This document shows, one piece after another, positions 1 through 8,540 of a DNA stretch of 60,362 bases. Source of the DNA: an uncultured Pseudomonadales bacterium (lineage in GTDB: Bacteria; Patescibacteriota; Microgenomatia; UBA1400; UBA1396); assembly GCA_964603945.1 (NCBI GenBank), contig CAZRWP010000002.1, positions 59,527 through 119,888 on the forward strand, in the 5' to 3' direction. Numbering within the stretch: the stretch's first letter is position 1; every line of letters begins with the position of its first letter. The translations under genes and the position numbers were made by a program. The notes below the pieces were generated by a model, which was given only the letters and a program-made list of their open reading frames with translations, was not told the origin of the DNA and searched no databases.

Positions 1-152
1 ATTTAAATTAATATTAAAAAAAAAATTTTTTTTTTTTTTTTTATTAAAATTTTTATTTGGGTTTCTTCGCGTCTTGCCGGCCCCCCCCCACCCCCGCCAC
101 CATATACCTGTCAGTAAGCGTTGATACTTCAACGTTGTTCAACCTTTTCCCG

Positions 153-1304
153 ATGGGTTATTTTTTAAACTTGTTACCACAAAATATTCACCTTGAAGAC
201 GTTTGTTATCATGAAGGTATGAGCTTATGGACACTACTTCTTCCCTCACTGCCTGAATCGACCACAAATTGGCTGAACATTATGTGGTTTGGAAATGCAG
301 TTGGTGATTATTTGCAGGCGCTGATATTTAGTTTGGTTTTGACGATTGTTTTTGCCTTTATTCGTCGCATGTTTGTCTGGCGATTGCGCGAGGCGACTAG
401 CCGTACCAACAACTCAATTGATGATTTGGTCTGCGATCTAGCTCAAGAAGTGCGCGCTCCGCTTTTTATAGTTTTAGCCTTTGCAATTGTGTTCCAAACT
501 CTTAATCTCCCAGATCAGATTGAGAGCGTACTAACAACTTTGGCTTGGATAAGCGTAACCTCGATTGTGATTTTAATGCTTCAACAAGTAGTTGATTATT
601 TGGTTGAGAAATCAGCTTTGGCCGATGAATCTTCTCAGCGAATATCTTGGTTTCGTAATCTTGGCGCTTTGCTTAAAGTTGTTTTTTGGGCGCTTGGTGC
701 CTTGTTAATTCTGTCAAACATTGGCATTAATGTTTATTCATTAATAGCTGGTTTAGGAGTTAGCGGTATTATTGTGGCCTTTGCCTTGCAAAATGTTCTG
801 CAGGATTTGTTTGATTCCTTGGCCATTAACTTTGATCGTCCCTTTGAAGTTGGTGATTTTATTGTGGTTAAAGATTATTTGGGAACGGTTGAAAAAGTAG
901 GCTTAAAGTCGACTCGCATCCGTGCTCTTAGTGGAGAGCAAATCATTATTCCTAATAGCGAGCTGACAAATTCGCAAATTAAGAACTATCGACGGATGGA
1001 ACGCCGTCGGATTGAACTAAATTTTCAAGTGGCTATTGAAACACCAAATTCTAAATTGAAAAAAATTCCATCAGCCGTTCAGAAAATAATTGACGATATC
1101 GAGCAGACAACCTTCAACCGTGTCCACCTAGCAGATATTGGTGAGTATGGACTTAATTATGTGGCTATTTATCACATTGAGGACAGTGATTACACCTTGT
1201 TCAGAGATGTTCATCAGCAGGTATTGTTAGAGTTAAAAGCCTATCTTGAGCGGGAAAAAATCGATATCCCCTACCCATCCCAGCGAATAATGGTTCAGAA
1301 ATAA
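153..1304 (+). CDS. MscS-family small-conductance mechanosensitive channel
   Basis: ORF 57..1304. N-terminal hydrophobic helices are followed by an MscS beta-domain-like stretch (GVSGIIVAFALQNVLQDLF...FEVGDFIVVKDYLGTVEKVGLKSTRIRALSGEQIIIPNSEL). The 5' ~100 nt of the ORF run into low-complexity contig-end sequence, so the start is placed at in-frame ATG 153. ATG 219 is equally possible. Confidence 0.8.
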   Translation: MGYFLNLLPQNIHLEDVCYHEGMSLWTLLLPSLPESTTNWLNIMWFGNAVGDYLQALIFSLVLTIVFAFIRRMFVWRLREATSRTNNSIDDLVCDLAQEVRAPLFIVLAFAIVFQTLNLPDQIESVLTTLAWISVTSIVILMLQQVVDYLVEKSALADESSQRISWFRNLGALLKVVFWALGALLILSNIGINVYSLIAGLGVSGIIVAFALQNVLQDLFDSLAINFDRPFEVGDFIVVKDYLGTVEKVGLKSTRIRALSGEQIIIPNSELTNSQIKNYRRMERRRIELNFQVAIETPNSKLKKIPSAVQKIIDDIEQTTFNRVHLADIGEYGLNYVAIYHIEDSDYTLFRDVHQQVLLELKAYLEREKIDIPYPSQRIMVQK

Positions 1305-1318
1305 TTAAGCTGAAATTT

Positions 1319-2293
1319 TTACTTTAAGCCTAACTTATTTCGGACATCTTGATTAGTTGCTTTGGCAATTGCCTGTGCCTTGGAGGCACCCGCTCTTAAC
1401 ACTTCATCAACATATTCCGGTTTGGCAAGAATCTCTGCTCGCTTGGCTTGAAGTGGTTCAATTTCCTTATAGATAGCTGTGGCAACGGCATCTTTAAGCT
1501 CAACGTACTTTAGCAAGGCGGCATCGTATTCAACTAAAAACGGCTCAACCTTTTCAGGGGCCAAAAGCTCCAAAAAAGTGAACAGCGATTTAACACCTGG
1601 ACTCATATCGCCGCCGGACTCAGTGGCAGTAGGAACCGAGCGAACTTTTTTGCGAATTGTTTCCAAGTCATCAGTTAAATTGATGAAACTGCCCGCCACC
1701 GATTTGCTCATCTTGCCTTCACCGGTAAGTGAGGGTACATATCCGCCCGGAGTGACAAACCGTTGTGGCTCTGGGAAGTTGGTGCCGTAATTTTGGTTCA
1801 TGCGGCGCGCGATTTCGCGCGCCACTTCCAAATGAGGTTCTTGATCAACTCCCACTGGCACTAACTCGGCTTGGTAAGCCAAAATATCAGCTGACATCAA
1901 GACTGGATAATTTAACAAAGCCAGAGTGACGTGTTCCGGATACTGCTTAACCTTTTCTTTAAAAGTTGGCAGATGTTGCATTTTCCCAACCGTGGTGACA
2001 GAGGAAAAATAGAACGCTAATTCAAAATGCTCAGGTATATCAGCTTGGCAAAAGATGATAGATTTTTCCGGATCAAGACCAGCCGCTAAATAATCAACAA
2101 TCACCTCACGTCGAAATCGTCTCAGATTTTCTACGTCATATGGCGTTGTAATGGCATGCGCGTCCGCCACCATATATAGCGTTTCGTAATTTGGGTCATC
2201 CTGCAGAGCGAGCATGCCTTTGACTGCTCCCAGATAATTTCCCAGGTGCAAAGAGCCGGTTGCTCTAATGCCGGATAAAACTCGTTTAGTCAT
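1319..2293 (-). CDS. trpS: tryptophan--tRNA ligase
   Basis: Class I aaRS motifs are present: HIGH-type GSLHLGNYLG and KMSKS (GKMSKS). Length and layout are typical of bacterial TrpRS. Start set at ATG 2293 (MTKRVLSG), with an AAGGAAA SD-like sequence 4 nt upstream. The 2311 start in the ORF track is a GTG extension. Confidence 0.93.
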   Translation of the reverse strand: MTKRVLSGIRATGSLHLGNYLGAVKGMLALQDDPNYETLYMVADAHAITTPYDVENLRRFRREVIVDYLAAGLDPEKSIIFCQADIPEHFELAFYFSSVTTVGKMQHLPTFKEKVKQYPEHVTLALLNYPVLMSADILAYQAELVPVGVDQEPHLEVAREIARRMNQNYGTNFPEPQRFVTPGGYVPSLTGEGKMSKSVAGSFINLTDDLETIRKKVRSVPTATESGGDMSPGVKSLFTFLELLAPEKVEPFLVEYDAALLKYVELKDAVATAIYKEIEPLQAKRAEILAKPEYVDEVLRAGASKAQAIAKATNQDVRNKLGLK

Positions 2294-2373
2294 AATTTCC
2301 TTTCGCGACACAATATTTAATCGGTTTTTATTTTAAGTTGACTAACTTTTATTGTGTCTTGTTTTAAGCCATT

Positions 2374-2650
2374 AAAAAAGGCCCAAGCGTATTTCCAAGC
2401 CTATGCAAGCATAAGCCTAGAAACACGCTAGGACCTTCTCAAGGTGGTGCCACCTAGCTGTGCTTACCAGTTTCCTGATAAACCTTGTCACCGACTCTAC
2501 CGGCTTTTTCAGCGAGCGATTTCGGTGTTGAGTGTGGTAACGGACTCAGCCGGACAAGGCTACTTTCTTAAGATTTCAGATTGCTCTGCCCTCTTAAGCC
2601 GGTTCACCTGTCTGCATCGGTGGGCCCATATTCCCACCTCAAACGCATGT
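2374..2650 (-). promoter_or_regulatory. T-box leader (tRNA-sensing riboswitch), probably Trp-specific, controlling trpS
   Basis: Minus-strand RNA folds into a canonical antiterminator at 2457..2428: CUAGG / 7-nt bulge UGGCACC / ACCUU-GAG-AAGGU / CCUAG. A competing terminator pairs GGUCCUAGC with GCUUGGGCC and is followed by U6 (2379..2374). An F-box-like CCGUUA sits at 2543..2538. A hairpin GGUGGG-AAUAUGGG-CCCACC (2638..2619) exposes UGG in its loop. The element lies directly upstream of an aaRS gene. Confidence 0.7.
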
Positions 2651-2656
2651 ATAGGA

Positions 2657-2684
2657 AGTATAAAAGGAAAAAAGTAGTTGTCAA
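2657..2684 (-). promoter_or_regulatory. sigma70-type promoter for the T-box leader/trpS
   Basis: TTGACA (2684..2679), a 16-nt spacer, then TATACT (2662..2657) on the minus strand, just upstream of the leader. Confidence 0.5.
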
Positions 2685-2709
2685 TAACGAGCGGTGTTAT
2701 ACTCAAGGT

Positions 2710-3654
2710 ATGTCCCCAACTTCCTCAAATCGAAAAATTATTTTACTTTTAGTGGTGATTACGATCCTGCTGATTTCCAGTTGGTTTGTCAGTCAGTGGG
2801 TAGCTGTTTCCAGACAAGCTAGACTTTTTACTCGCCAAGATAGTGTTGGTAGTTCAGCAGTAGGTCCGGTTATGCGCAGTAACATGGCTTTCCAAGGTAG
2901 CGCTGGTCAAGCTGAAATTGCTCAAGACATGATGTATGAGGCTGGTGATCAAGATTTTATGCCAAGGCCAGTTGAACCTGCTCCGACTGATACTCAGCCA
3001 CGTCTAGTTATTCGCGATACCGGTTTATCTCTTTTAGTTGAAGACGTGCCAGTAACGGTGGAAAATATAAAACAATCCGCGGAACAATTGGGCGGATTTC
3101 TGGTCAGCTCACATGTCAGCAAACCAGAGGAATCAGCTAGCGGACAGATTACAGTCCGAGTGCCGTCTGACCGCCGGGATGAGGCCTTGACTAGTTTTAA
3201 GAATCTAGCCATTAGGGTGGTCTCCGAGAATGTAAATGGTCGTGATGTGACGGATCAGTATGTTGATTTGGAAGCCCGTTTGGAAGTTTTAAATGAGACT
3301 AAGGCCAAGTTTGAAGCCATTTTAGATCAGGCTGATGAGGTAAATGAATTATTGCAAGTTCAGCGTGAGCTGACCAATCTGCAAGCTCAGATTGACAACG
3401 TTCGTGGTCAACAGCAATATCTGGAACAGAGTGCTGAACTGACCGCCATTACCGTGTACTTGAGTACTGATGAACTGGCTCTGCCGTACGCGCCAGACGA
3501 AGTCTGGCGCCCGCAAGTGGTCTTTAAGCTAGCTGTCCGGTCCCTTATCTCCAGCTTGCGCGCCGTCGGCGATGGCCTCATTTGGCTGGGCGTGTTTGCC
3601 CCACTCTGGCTACCGATTTTACTGCTGGCTTGGTGGTGGTCACGACGGCGGTGA
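2710..3654 (+). CDS. DUF4349-like membrane-anchored coiled-coil protein
   Basis: N-terminal TM helix (IILLLVVITILLISSWF), a central coiled-coil segment (DVTDQYVDLEARLEVLNETKAKFEAILDQA...LQVQRELTNLQAQIDNVRGQQQYLE) and a C-terminal TM helix. Family assignment is from memory. Start moved to ATG 2710, because the 2581 extension overlaps the T-box leader and promoter. Confidence 0.6.
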   Translation: MSPTSSNRKIILLLVVITILLISSWFVSQWVAVSRQARLFTRQDSVGSSAVGPVMRSNMAFQGSAGQAEIAQDMMYEAGDQDFMPRPVEPAPTDTQPRLVIRDTGLSLLVEDVPVTVENIKQSAEQLGGFLVSSHVSKPEESASGQITVRVPSDRRDEALTSFKNLAIRVVSENVNGRDVTDQYVDLEARLEVLNETKAKFEAILDQADEVNELLQVQRELTNLQAQIDNVRGQQQYLEQSAELTAITVYLSTDELALPYAPDEVWRPQVVFKLAVRSLISSLRAVGDGLIWLGVFAPLWLPILLLAWWWSRRR

Positions 3655-3673
3655 GGCTGTAATATCAGCTTAG

Positions 3674-5575
3674 ATGAACTATTACATTAGTGAATTTTTC
3701 CAATTGGCTAATCAATACAAAAAGCCACTTGCCCTCATAGGTGTAATTGTCTTTTTACTAATTACCAGATTAATCTATCTGGATGCGCTCCCAACTTCCC
3801 TGACCCATGATGAATCAATCTATGCCATTGAGGCGCGCTCGATTGCTTTACAAGGCACTGATTTAACCCAAACTTGGAATCCATGGTCTTTTAAAGCTAT
3901 TCATAAGCAATATGCCGAACTTCCAGCGCTTTTTATGGCGCCTTTTGTTTGGTTTTTTAGCAACCCCATGATTGCCGCCAAAATACCTTTTGTAATTATG
4001 GGTATTTTATTGCCTTTTATTATGGCCTGGTTTATTTACGGTCTTTGGCAAAGAAAGGATTTTGCTTGGGCAATGTTGCTAGTTGCCAGTGTTAGTCCGT
4101 GGTTATGGCAATTTAGTCGTTTAACTTATGATGTTATGTTCTCTATTTTCTTTTACTTTTTGGGTGCAGCTTGGCTGTTAAATACTAAAAAGTGGGTGAG
4201 CAGTTTAGCTTTAGTCTGGTTTATTTTTGGTTTCTTTGAATATCAAGGTTTGAAATTAGTATTTTTGCCATGGGTTGGTATTTGGGTTTGTCTAAAAATA
4301 TGGCGTGAGTACAGCTCGATTTCTTTGAAGGCTAAAATTCCCCAAAAATTATTAATTTTGTTCAAATCTAAAGATGCGATATTAGCTGGTCTAATCTTGT
4401 TAGCTAGTTTCTTAATATTTTTTTGGTATTTATTTGTAAGTCTTCCTTCTCAATCTGCTTACGGAAGAGTTAATCGCACTATTTTCACTGATCAGGAAAC
4501 AATATCTAAGCTTGTTAATACCGAGAGGCGGTTGAGTTTGGATTCGCCACTACTTAGATTGGCTAGCAATCGGGCAACAGTTTCTTTAAAATTCATGGAA
4601 CAGAGATTGTCCAGCGCCCTTGACCCGAACATGCTTTTTATAAGCTCGGAGGCAAATGCTAGCGGGTGGTCGGTTTGGTCTCATGGAGTGTTTTATTTAG
4701 TTGATTTTGTCTTAATTATCTTGGGATTTGGTTATTTGATATTTAGGCTTAGACATAAATTAGCTACCTGGCTATTTTTACTGATGATTCCACTTGCCCC
4801 TGCCCCTGCTCTGATAACTACGGTTAACGAGTGGTATCTAATAAGAGCTTCACTTATGTATTTGCTCTTTCTTATTTTGATTTCTTTGGGATTGACATTT
4901 GTGTGGCATTTAGGCCGTTGGTGGAAGATAGGATTAGTAGTTATTTATTCTATTAGCGTTGGCATGTTTATCTATGAATACTTCTTCCGTTTTCCAATTT
5001 ACTCAGCTGATGAAGCTTTTTATGCAGATCGCGTAATTTCAAAATATATTAGTTTGTATGATCGGAATCAGGCAATTGTAGTTCATTCTGTTGAGCCGGA
5101 ATTTATTTACTATAGTTACCTTTTTTACAATAACGAGCTAAATGAAAATACAAAAGACATGATTCCTGATATCTTGAATGATTACCATGTTGCTCATGAC
5201 AATGTGACTTTTACGGATGATTGTATTGATTTAACTGACACTTCAGCGGTGCACATTGCCAGTGTTCATGCCCCGCTTTGTGAGGCTGAGGAAATTTCCG
5301 ATGAATTGCCGGCTAATGTTGTCGAACAAAACAGCGACGAAGAAACAAAAAAGACCGACAAGATAAAGAAGTTAAGACCGATAGAGGAAGCTTTATCAAT
5401 CTCTGCCGTCCTCGATAGTGGAGTTAAGTACAACATTTATAACGATTCAGTTTGTAAAAATTATGATCTAAGGACGTATATCCGCGTTACTGATAGGAAT
5501 GATTTTTCAATCGAGAAAATGTCTACACAGGAATTTTGCGAAAAATGGATTACTGACCTTAGACCGTTAAAGTAA
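3674..5575 (+). CDS. polytopic GT-C-type glycosyltransferase (family 39/83-like, ArnT/PMT-like)
   Basis: About 10 or more predicted TM helices. The first extracytoplasmic loop carries a DE-type motif (LTHDESIYAIEARS), as in ArnT/PMT-like enzymes, and there is a soluble C-terminal domain. No closer assignment is possible. Confidence 0.5.
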   Translation: MNYYISEFFQLANQYKKPLALIGVIVFLLITRLIYLDALPTSLTHDESIYAIEARSIALQGTDLTQTWNPWSFKAIHKQYAELPALFMAPFVWFFSNPMIAAKIPFVIMGILLPFIMAWFIYGLWQRKDFAWAMLLVASVSPWLWQFSRLTYDVMFSIFFYFLGAAWLLNTKKWVSSLALVWFIFGFFEYQGLKLVFLPWVGIWVCLKIWREYSSISLKAKIPQKLLILFKSKDAILAGLILLASFLIFFWYLFVSLPSQSAYGRVNRTIFTDQETISKLVNTERRLSLDSPLLRLASNRATVSLKFMEQRLSSALDPNMLFISSEANASGWSVWSHGVFYLVDFVLIILGFGYLIFRLRHKLATWLFLLMIPLAPAPALITTVNEWYLIRASLMYLLFLILISLGLTFVWHLGRWWKIGLVVIYSISVGMFIYEYFFRFPIYSADEAFYADRVISKYISLYDRNQAIVVHSVEPEFIYYSYLFYNNELNENTKDMIPDILNDYHVAHDNVTFTDDCIDLTDTSAVHIASVHAPLCEAEEISDELPANVVEQNSDEETKKTDKIKKLRPIEEALSISAVLDSGVKYNIYNDSVCKNYDLRTYIRVTDRNDFSIEKMSTQEFCEKWITDLRPLK

Positions 5576-5616
5576 ATTCGTTGCTTTGATAAAGTTAGAC
5601 CAGTTAATTGCAATTC

Positions 5617-6213
5617 CTAATCCGCCAGTACCGTAATTTGTTCTTTGGTTAATGTTTCCCGAATAGTTTGCTTGGAGGTCAGAATTAAACTGCGAAGATC
5701 AGCCAAAATATCAGAGCTGGCTTGAGTATTGTCGCGCAAGGCCTCGTCTTGAACACCCTCCTGCGTGGCGGTGATATTAACTTCTTGTTCCTCTGTCAAA
5801 AGTTGAGAGGCAAGTTCGGAAGCTTGTTCAGCCACGCGATCGCGTTCAGTCTCAATGGTTGCTCGCTGATCAGATGACAAATTTAATTCGTCATGTTCTA
5901 AAATTTCATCTGGAATAAACGGATCATTGTCAGAGGTATTGAAGTGATGGTAGGCCTCGGCTCCGTCTGACTCTATTTCCTCAAGTTCTGCTTGGGACAA
6001 AACTGGAGTTTGATTGTTAGGCCCACCCTCTGATGCTTCATCAAAATATGAAATATCATCAACCGGCAGTTCTGCACGATCTTCTGGGACTTTTGGCGAG
6101 CGTGTTCTCAACATGTACATGGCCAAGATCTGCGCCAGGGCTATGCCGACAATAATTAAAATTATGACCGTTAATGGCGAGGCGCCTCGATTACTTTTGA
6201 ATTGTAGCTTCAT
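5617..6213 (-). CDS. hypothetical membrane-anchored, highly acidic protein
   Basis: Single N-terminal TM helix (LTVIILIIVGIALAQILAMYML) followed by a D/E-rich, low-complexity tail. Last gene of a tightly spaced four-gene minus-strand cluster. Confidence 0.5.
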   Translation of the reverse strand: MKLQFKSNRGASPLTVIILIIVGIALAQILAMYMLRTRSPKVPEDRAELPVDDISYFDEASEGGPNNQTPVLSQAELEEIESDGAEAYHHFNTSDNDPFIPDEILEHDELNLSSDQRATIETERDRVAEQASELASQLLTEEQEVNITATQEGVQDEALRDNTQASSDILADLRSLILTSKQTIRETLTKEQITVLAD

Positions 6214-6215
6214 AT

Positions 6216-7376
6216 TTAATACCTTAATAAGGCGGTGATTGGTGGCGAAGACTGATCTTCGTCCAAGTAAACATCACCGCCTCTTTTTAGCACCCACTCC
6301 ACTGCTGTGTCATATAAATCTTGACTGTCGGCTTGTCTTTCCTGATGGAAATCAACGGCTTGAGTGTCTGGATTAAAATATCCCCAACGCTCTGCTTGCG
6401 GACTGACAAACAAGGCTTTAACTTTGCCTTGAAAGCTATCCTGTAAAATTCTAGCCAACTCATTAGTTACGCGATCCATATGCGATTGCTCACCAATTTC
6501 AGCTAAATATTGTTGCTGGCTGGCCTGGTAATACGGTTCAACTAATTCCCAGGCTTTTTGTCTGAGTTTATCTTCACTAATGCTTTCCGGCTGAACATCA
6601 ATACCCTTACCTATCATAAGTTTGTAGGTGTTAGCTTCCAGATAAAGTGGCAGAATTGATTCAACACCGGCAATTACAAGTGGCAGGTTGTATTCTTTTA
6701 ATAAATTTGATATTTCACCGTCGAAATGTTGTAGAAAATGTTTAATTTCTGTTTCTTCTTTAGCTGTGACATCGCCATGTCCGTGAAACAAACCTTGATT
6801 GCCACTGCCACCAAAATGGCCACCTCTGAACTGGATTTCAGCTTTGGTGTCATACGTTGCTAAATAATCTTCAAAAGAAGTGGGCAAATCAGGTAAGGGA
6901 ATTTCTACCAATTTGTCAAAGTGACTGCCCAGCCAAAGCCTAATTTTTTGCTGATCAATTGTTAAGACCAAAAAACTGCCATTATTGTTGAGGAATGGAA
7001 GTAGTGGCCGCAAATGGAAGTGTGTGTTTACTCTAACCAATTCGGGGAGAGTCATGGGCAGACGATAAAGGCGGAGCAAGTCGGGCGTCCCTAATACAGC
7101 TAGGCCATGAAGTTGAGTATTCCAGAAGTCGGGCTCCCCTTCTACCGATGATATCGTATCCCAAATTTCTCGATCTTTAATTGAATCCTGAATTTGCTTG
7201 AGAAGATTTTTGTATCGGATGGAATTTTGCCTGATTTCGGAACCTGCTTTGGCGGTCGGCATGTATAAAGACAAGTACCAATTGGCTTCTAAATTTAGTA
7301 ACGAATCCAACTCTGCCCGATCTAAGTTTTCGCGCAGATCAATTTGCATATCTCTAAGATAAACAGGCTTCGTCAA
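6216..7376 (-). CDS. eRF1-fold, baeRF-like protein (bacterial archaeo-eukaryotic release factor family), function unknown
   Basis: The N-terminal signature WYLSLYMPTAKAGSEIRQNSIRYKNLLKQI matches the (S/C)xYxPT...G.E..QN.IR.KNLL pattern I recall for baeRF-type proteins. A Gly/Gln-rich loop FRGGHFGGSGNQGLFHGHG lies mid-protein. The track start is TTG 7376; the first ATG is at 7349. Confidence 0.35.
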   Translation of the reverse strand: MTKPVYLRDMQIDLRENLDRAELDSLLNLEANWYLSLYMPTAKAGSEIRQNSIRYKNLLKQIQDSIKDREIWDTISSVEGEPDFWNTQLHGLAVLGTPDLLRLYRLPMTLPELVRVNTHFHLRPLLPFLNNNGSFLVLTIDQQKIRLWLGSHFDKLVEIPLPDLPTSFEDYLATYDTKAEIQFRGGHFGGSGNQGLFHGHGDVTAKEETEIKHFLQHFDGEISNLLKEYNLPLVIAGVESILPLYLEANTYKLMIGKGIDVQPESISEDKLRQKAWELVEPYYQASQQQYLAEIGEQSHMDRVTNELARILQDSFQGKVKALFVSPQAERWGYFNPDTQAVDFHQERQADSQDLYDTAVEWVLKRGGDVYLDEDQSSPPITALLRY

Positions 7377-7402
7377 TATTTTGTAAGAAAGTGTTTTGAT
7401 TC

Positions 7403-8539
7403 TCAGCGAACTTGAAAAAGTTGTAAGCTAGCTGAAATAATTTGGGAGCGGAAAATGTTAACAGATGAGCGGTCGTCTGGCCGCTGAGGATAGGTAGCAT
7501 TGCTCAAGATCACTAAACCAATGTTCATTTTCCAGTCGATAAGTATCGAACAGCCGGTGAACCCTGTCTTGCCAATTGTTTGATCAGAGATAGAAGTACC
7601 GCCCCAAGTTGTGGGGTGCCATTCCCAGCCGAGTCCGACCAACTGACCACTTTCCAACAAACGACCTTGCTTGATTAATTCAATTGTTTCCGGTTGGAAT
7701 ATAGGTTTCTCATTTTCAGTTAAACTTTCGGCTATACCTTCAGCCAAACCTTCACCTAAACCAGAGCTAAGCAGCATTTTTAGCCACTTTGCTAAATCAT
7801 TGGCAGTAGAAAATAAGCCAGCTGATCCAACCGGTCCAAATTGTTCTGACAAAACCCAGGCACTTTCATCATGAACTTCACCTTGAACATCGCCACCGCG
7901 CCATTCATCGTGCTCGGACGGGGCAATTATATTTTTAAGTTCAGTAGGTTTAAATAATTTTTTTGGATAAAAGGTGGTGCGGTTCATTGCGAGAGGATCA
8001 AAAAAATATTCCTGTGCCAAATCAGCCAGCTTACGTTTAGTTTTTTTCTCTATAATCCAACCCAGCAAAATACTAGCCGTATTATTGTATTGGTAAAGAT
8101 CGCCTGGAGGGCCAGCTACCAGGCTATGTGAAACAAAATCGTGCAGTTCGCTAGCGGATACATTTTTTAGACGCGCCAGGCTTTGTGGAAAGTAAACAGT
8201 CTGCTCCATTAAGTCCCTGATTGTTACTAGACCGGCAAATTCACCTTGCAGAGTCGGAACATATTCAATAACTGGCTCATCCCAGGCAAGCTGATTAAGT
8301 TCCCATAGTTTGAGTGCCAGGCTGGCTGTTGGCAGAGTTTTGGTGATAGAGGCAATGTCGAAAACTGTATCTGGTGTGACAGTTGGCGATTCTGGCTCAC
8401 TGCTAAGCTGGCCAGTTGTCCAGAACTCGGACGGCGACTCTGGTTTGACTAAGGCAACAACCCCGCCAGGAAACAGCCCCATTTGCTGATAACTATCTAG
8501 AATTGACTGAATATTGTCTGAAGAATTGGATTGAGTCAT
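7403..8539 (-). CDS. serine hydrolase, beta-lactamase/transpeptidase-like (class C / esterase family)
   Basis: S-x-x-K nucleophile motif (FDIASITKTL) and the overall length and pattern of a beta-lactamase-fold family. No signal peptide. Start set at ATG 8539 (MTQSNSS), 1 nt after the upstream gene's stop. Confidence 0.75.
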   Translation of the reverse strand: MTQSNSSDNIQSILDSYQQMGLFPGGVVALVKPESPSEFWTTGQLSSEPESPTVTPDTVFDIASITKTLPTASLALKLWELNQLAWDEPVIEYVPTLQGEFAGLVTIRDLMEQTVYFPQSLARLKNVSASELHDFVSHSLVAGPPGDLYQYNNTASILLGWIIEKKTKRKLADLAQEYFFDPLAMNRTTFYPKKLFKPTELKNIIAPSEHDEWRGGDVQGEVHDESAWVLSEQFGPVGSAGLFSTANDLAKWLKMLLSSGLGEGLAEGIAESLTENEKPIFQPETIELIKQGRLLESGQLVGLGWEWHPTTWGGTSISDQTIGKTGFTGCSILIDWKMNIGLVILSNATYPQRPDDRSSVNIFRSQIISASLQLFQVR

Positions 8540-8540
8540 A

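Noticed and set aside
1-112. A/T homopolymer runs followed by C-rich homopolymers at the left contig end, with a matching G/C-rich low-complexity stretch at 60290-60362. Considered as telomere-like ends, terminal inverted repeats or a circularisation overlap.
   Set aside because: The two ends are not reverse complements or direct overlaps of each other. The sequence is homopolymer-dominated and unlike the rest of the window. ORFs simply read through it. Most likely an assembly or read-end artefact, so the termini of the first and last CDS are unreliable.
1479-1790. Antisense or alternative-frame ORFs of 60-140 aa inside well-supported genes. Examples: 1479..1790, 2994..3212, 15598..15978, 17274..17639, 18216..18509, 30109..30528, 32498..32908, 35164..35430, 50982..51347, 58578..58838, 58775..59104.
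   Set aside because: They are shadow ORFs inside genes with strong family signatures. Their products are low complexity or Arg/Ser/Leu-rich. No promoter or SD support.
2585-2615. The minus-strand sequence ACAGGUGAACCGGCUUAAG resembles the conserved 3' P4/CR-V block of bacterial RNase P RNA (ACAGAAnCCGGCUUA).
   Set aside because: An RNase P RNA ending here would need ~300 nt of upstream sequence overlapping the DUF4349-like CDS. No GAGGAAAGUCCGG-type CR-I block is present. The segment fits inside the T-box leader, whose antiterminator is unambiguous.
2581-2709. N-terminal extension of the DUF4349-like ORF in the track (start 2581), and ORF 2444..2677.
   Set aside because: Both overlap the T-box leader and promoter on the other strand. 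The product only begins to look like a protein (TM anchor) from ATG 2710, which has a -10 hexamer 6 nt upstream.
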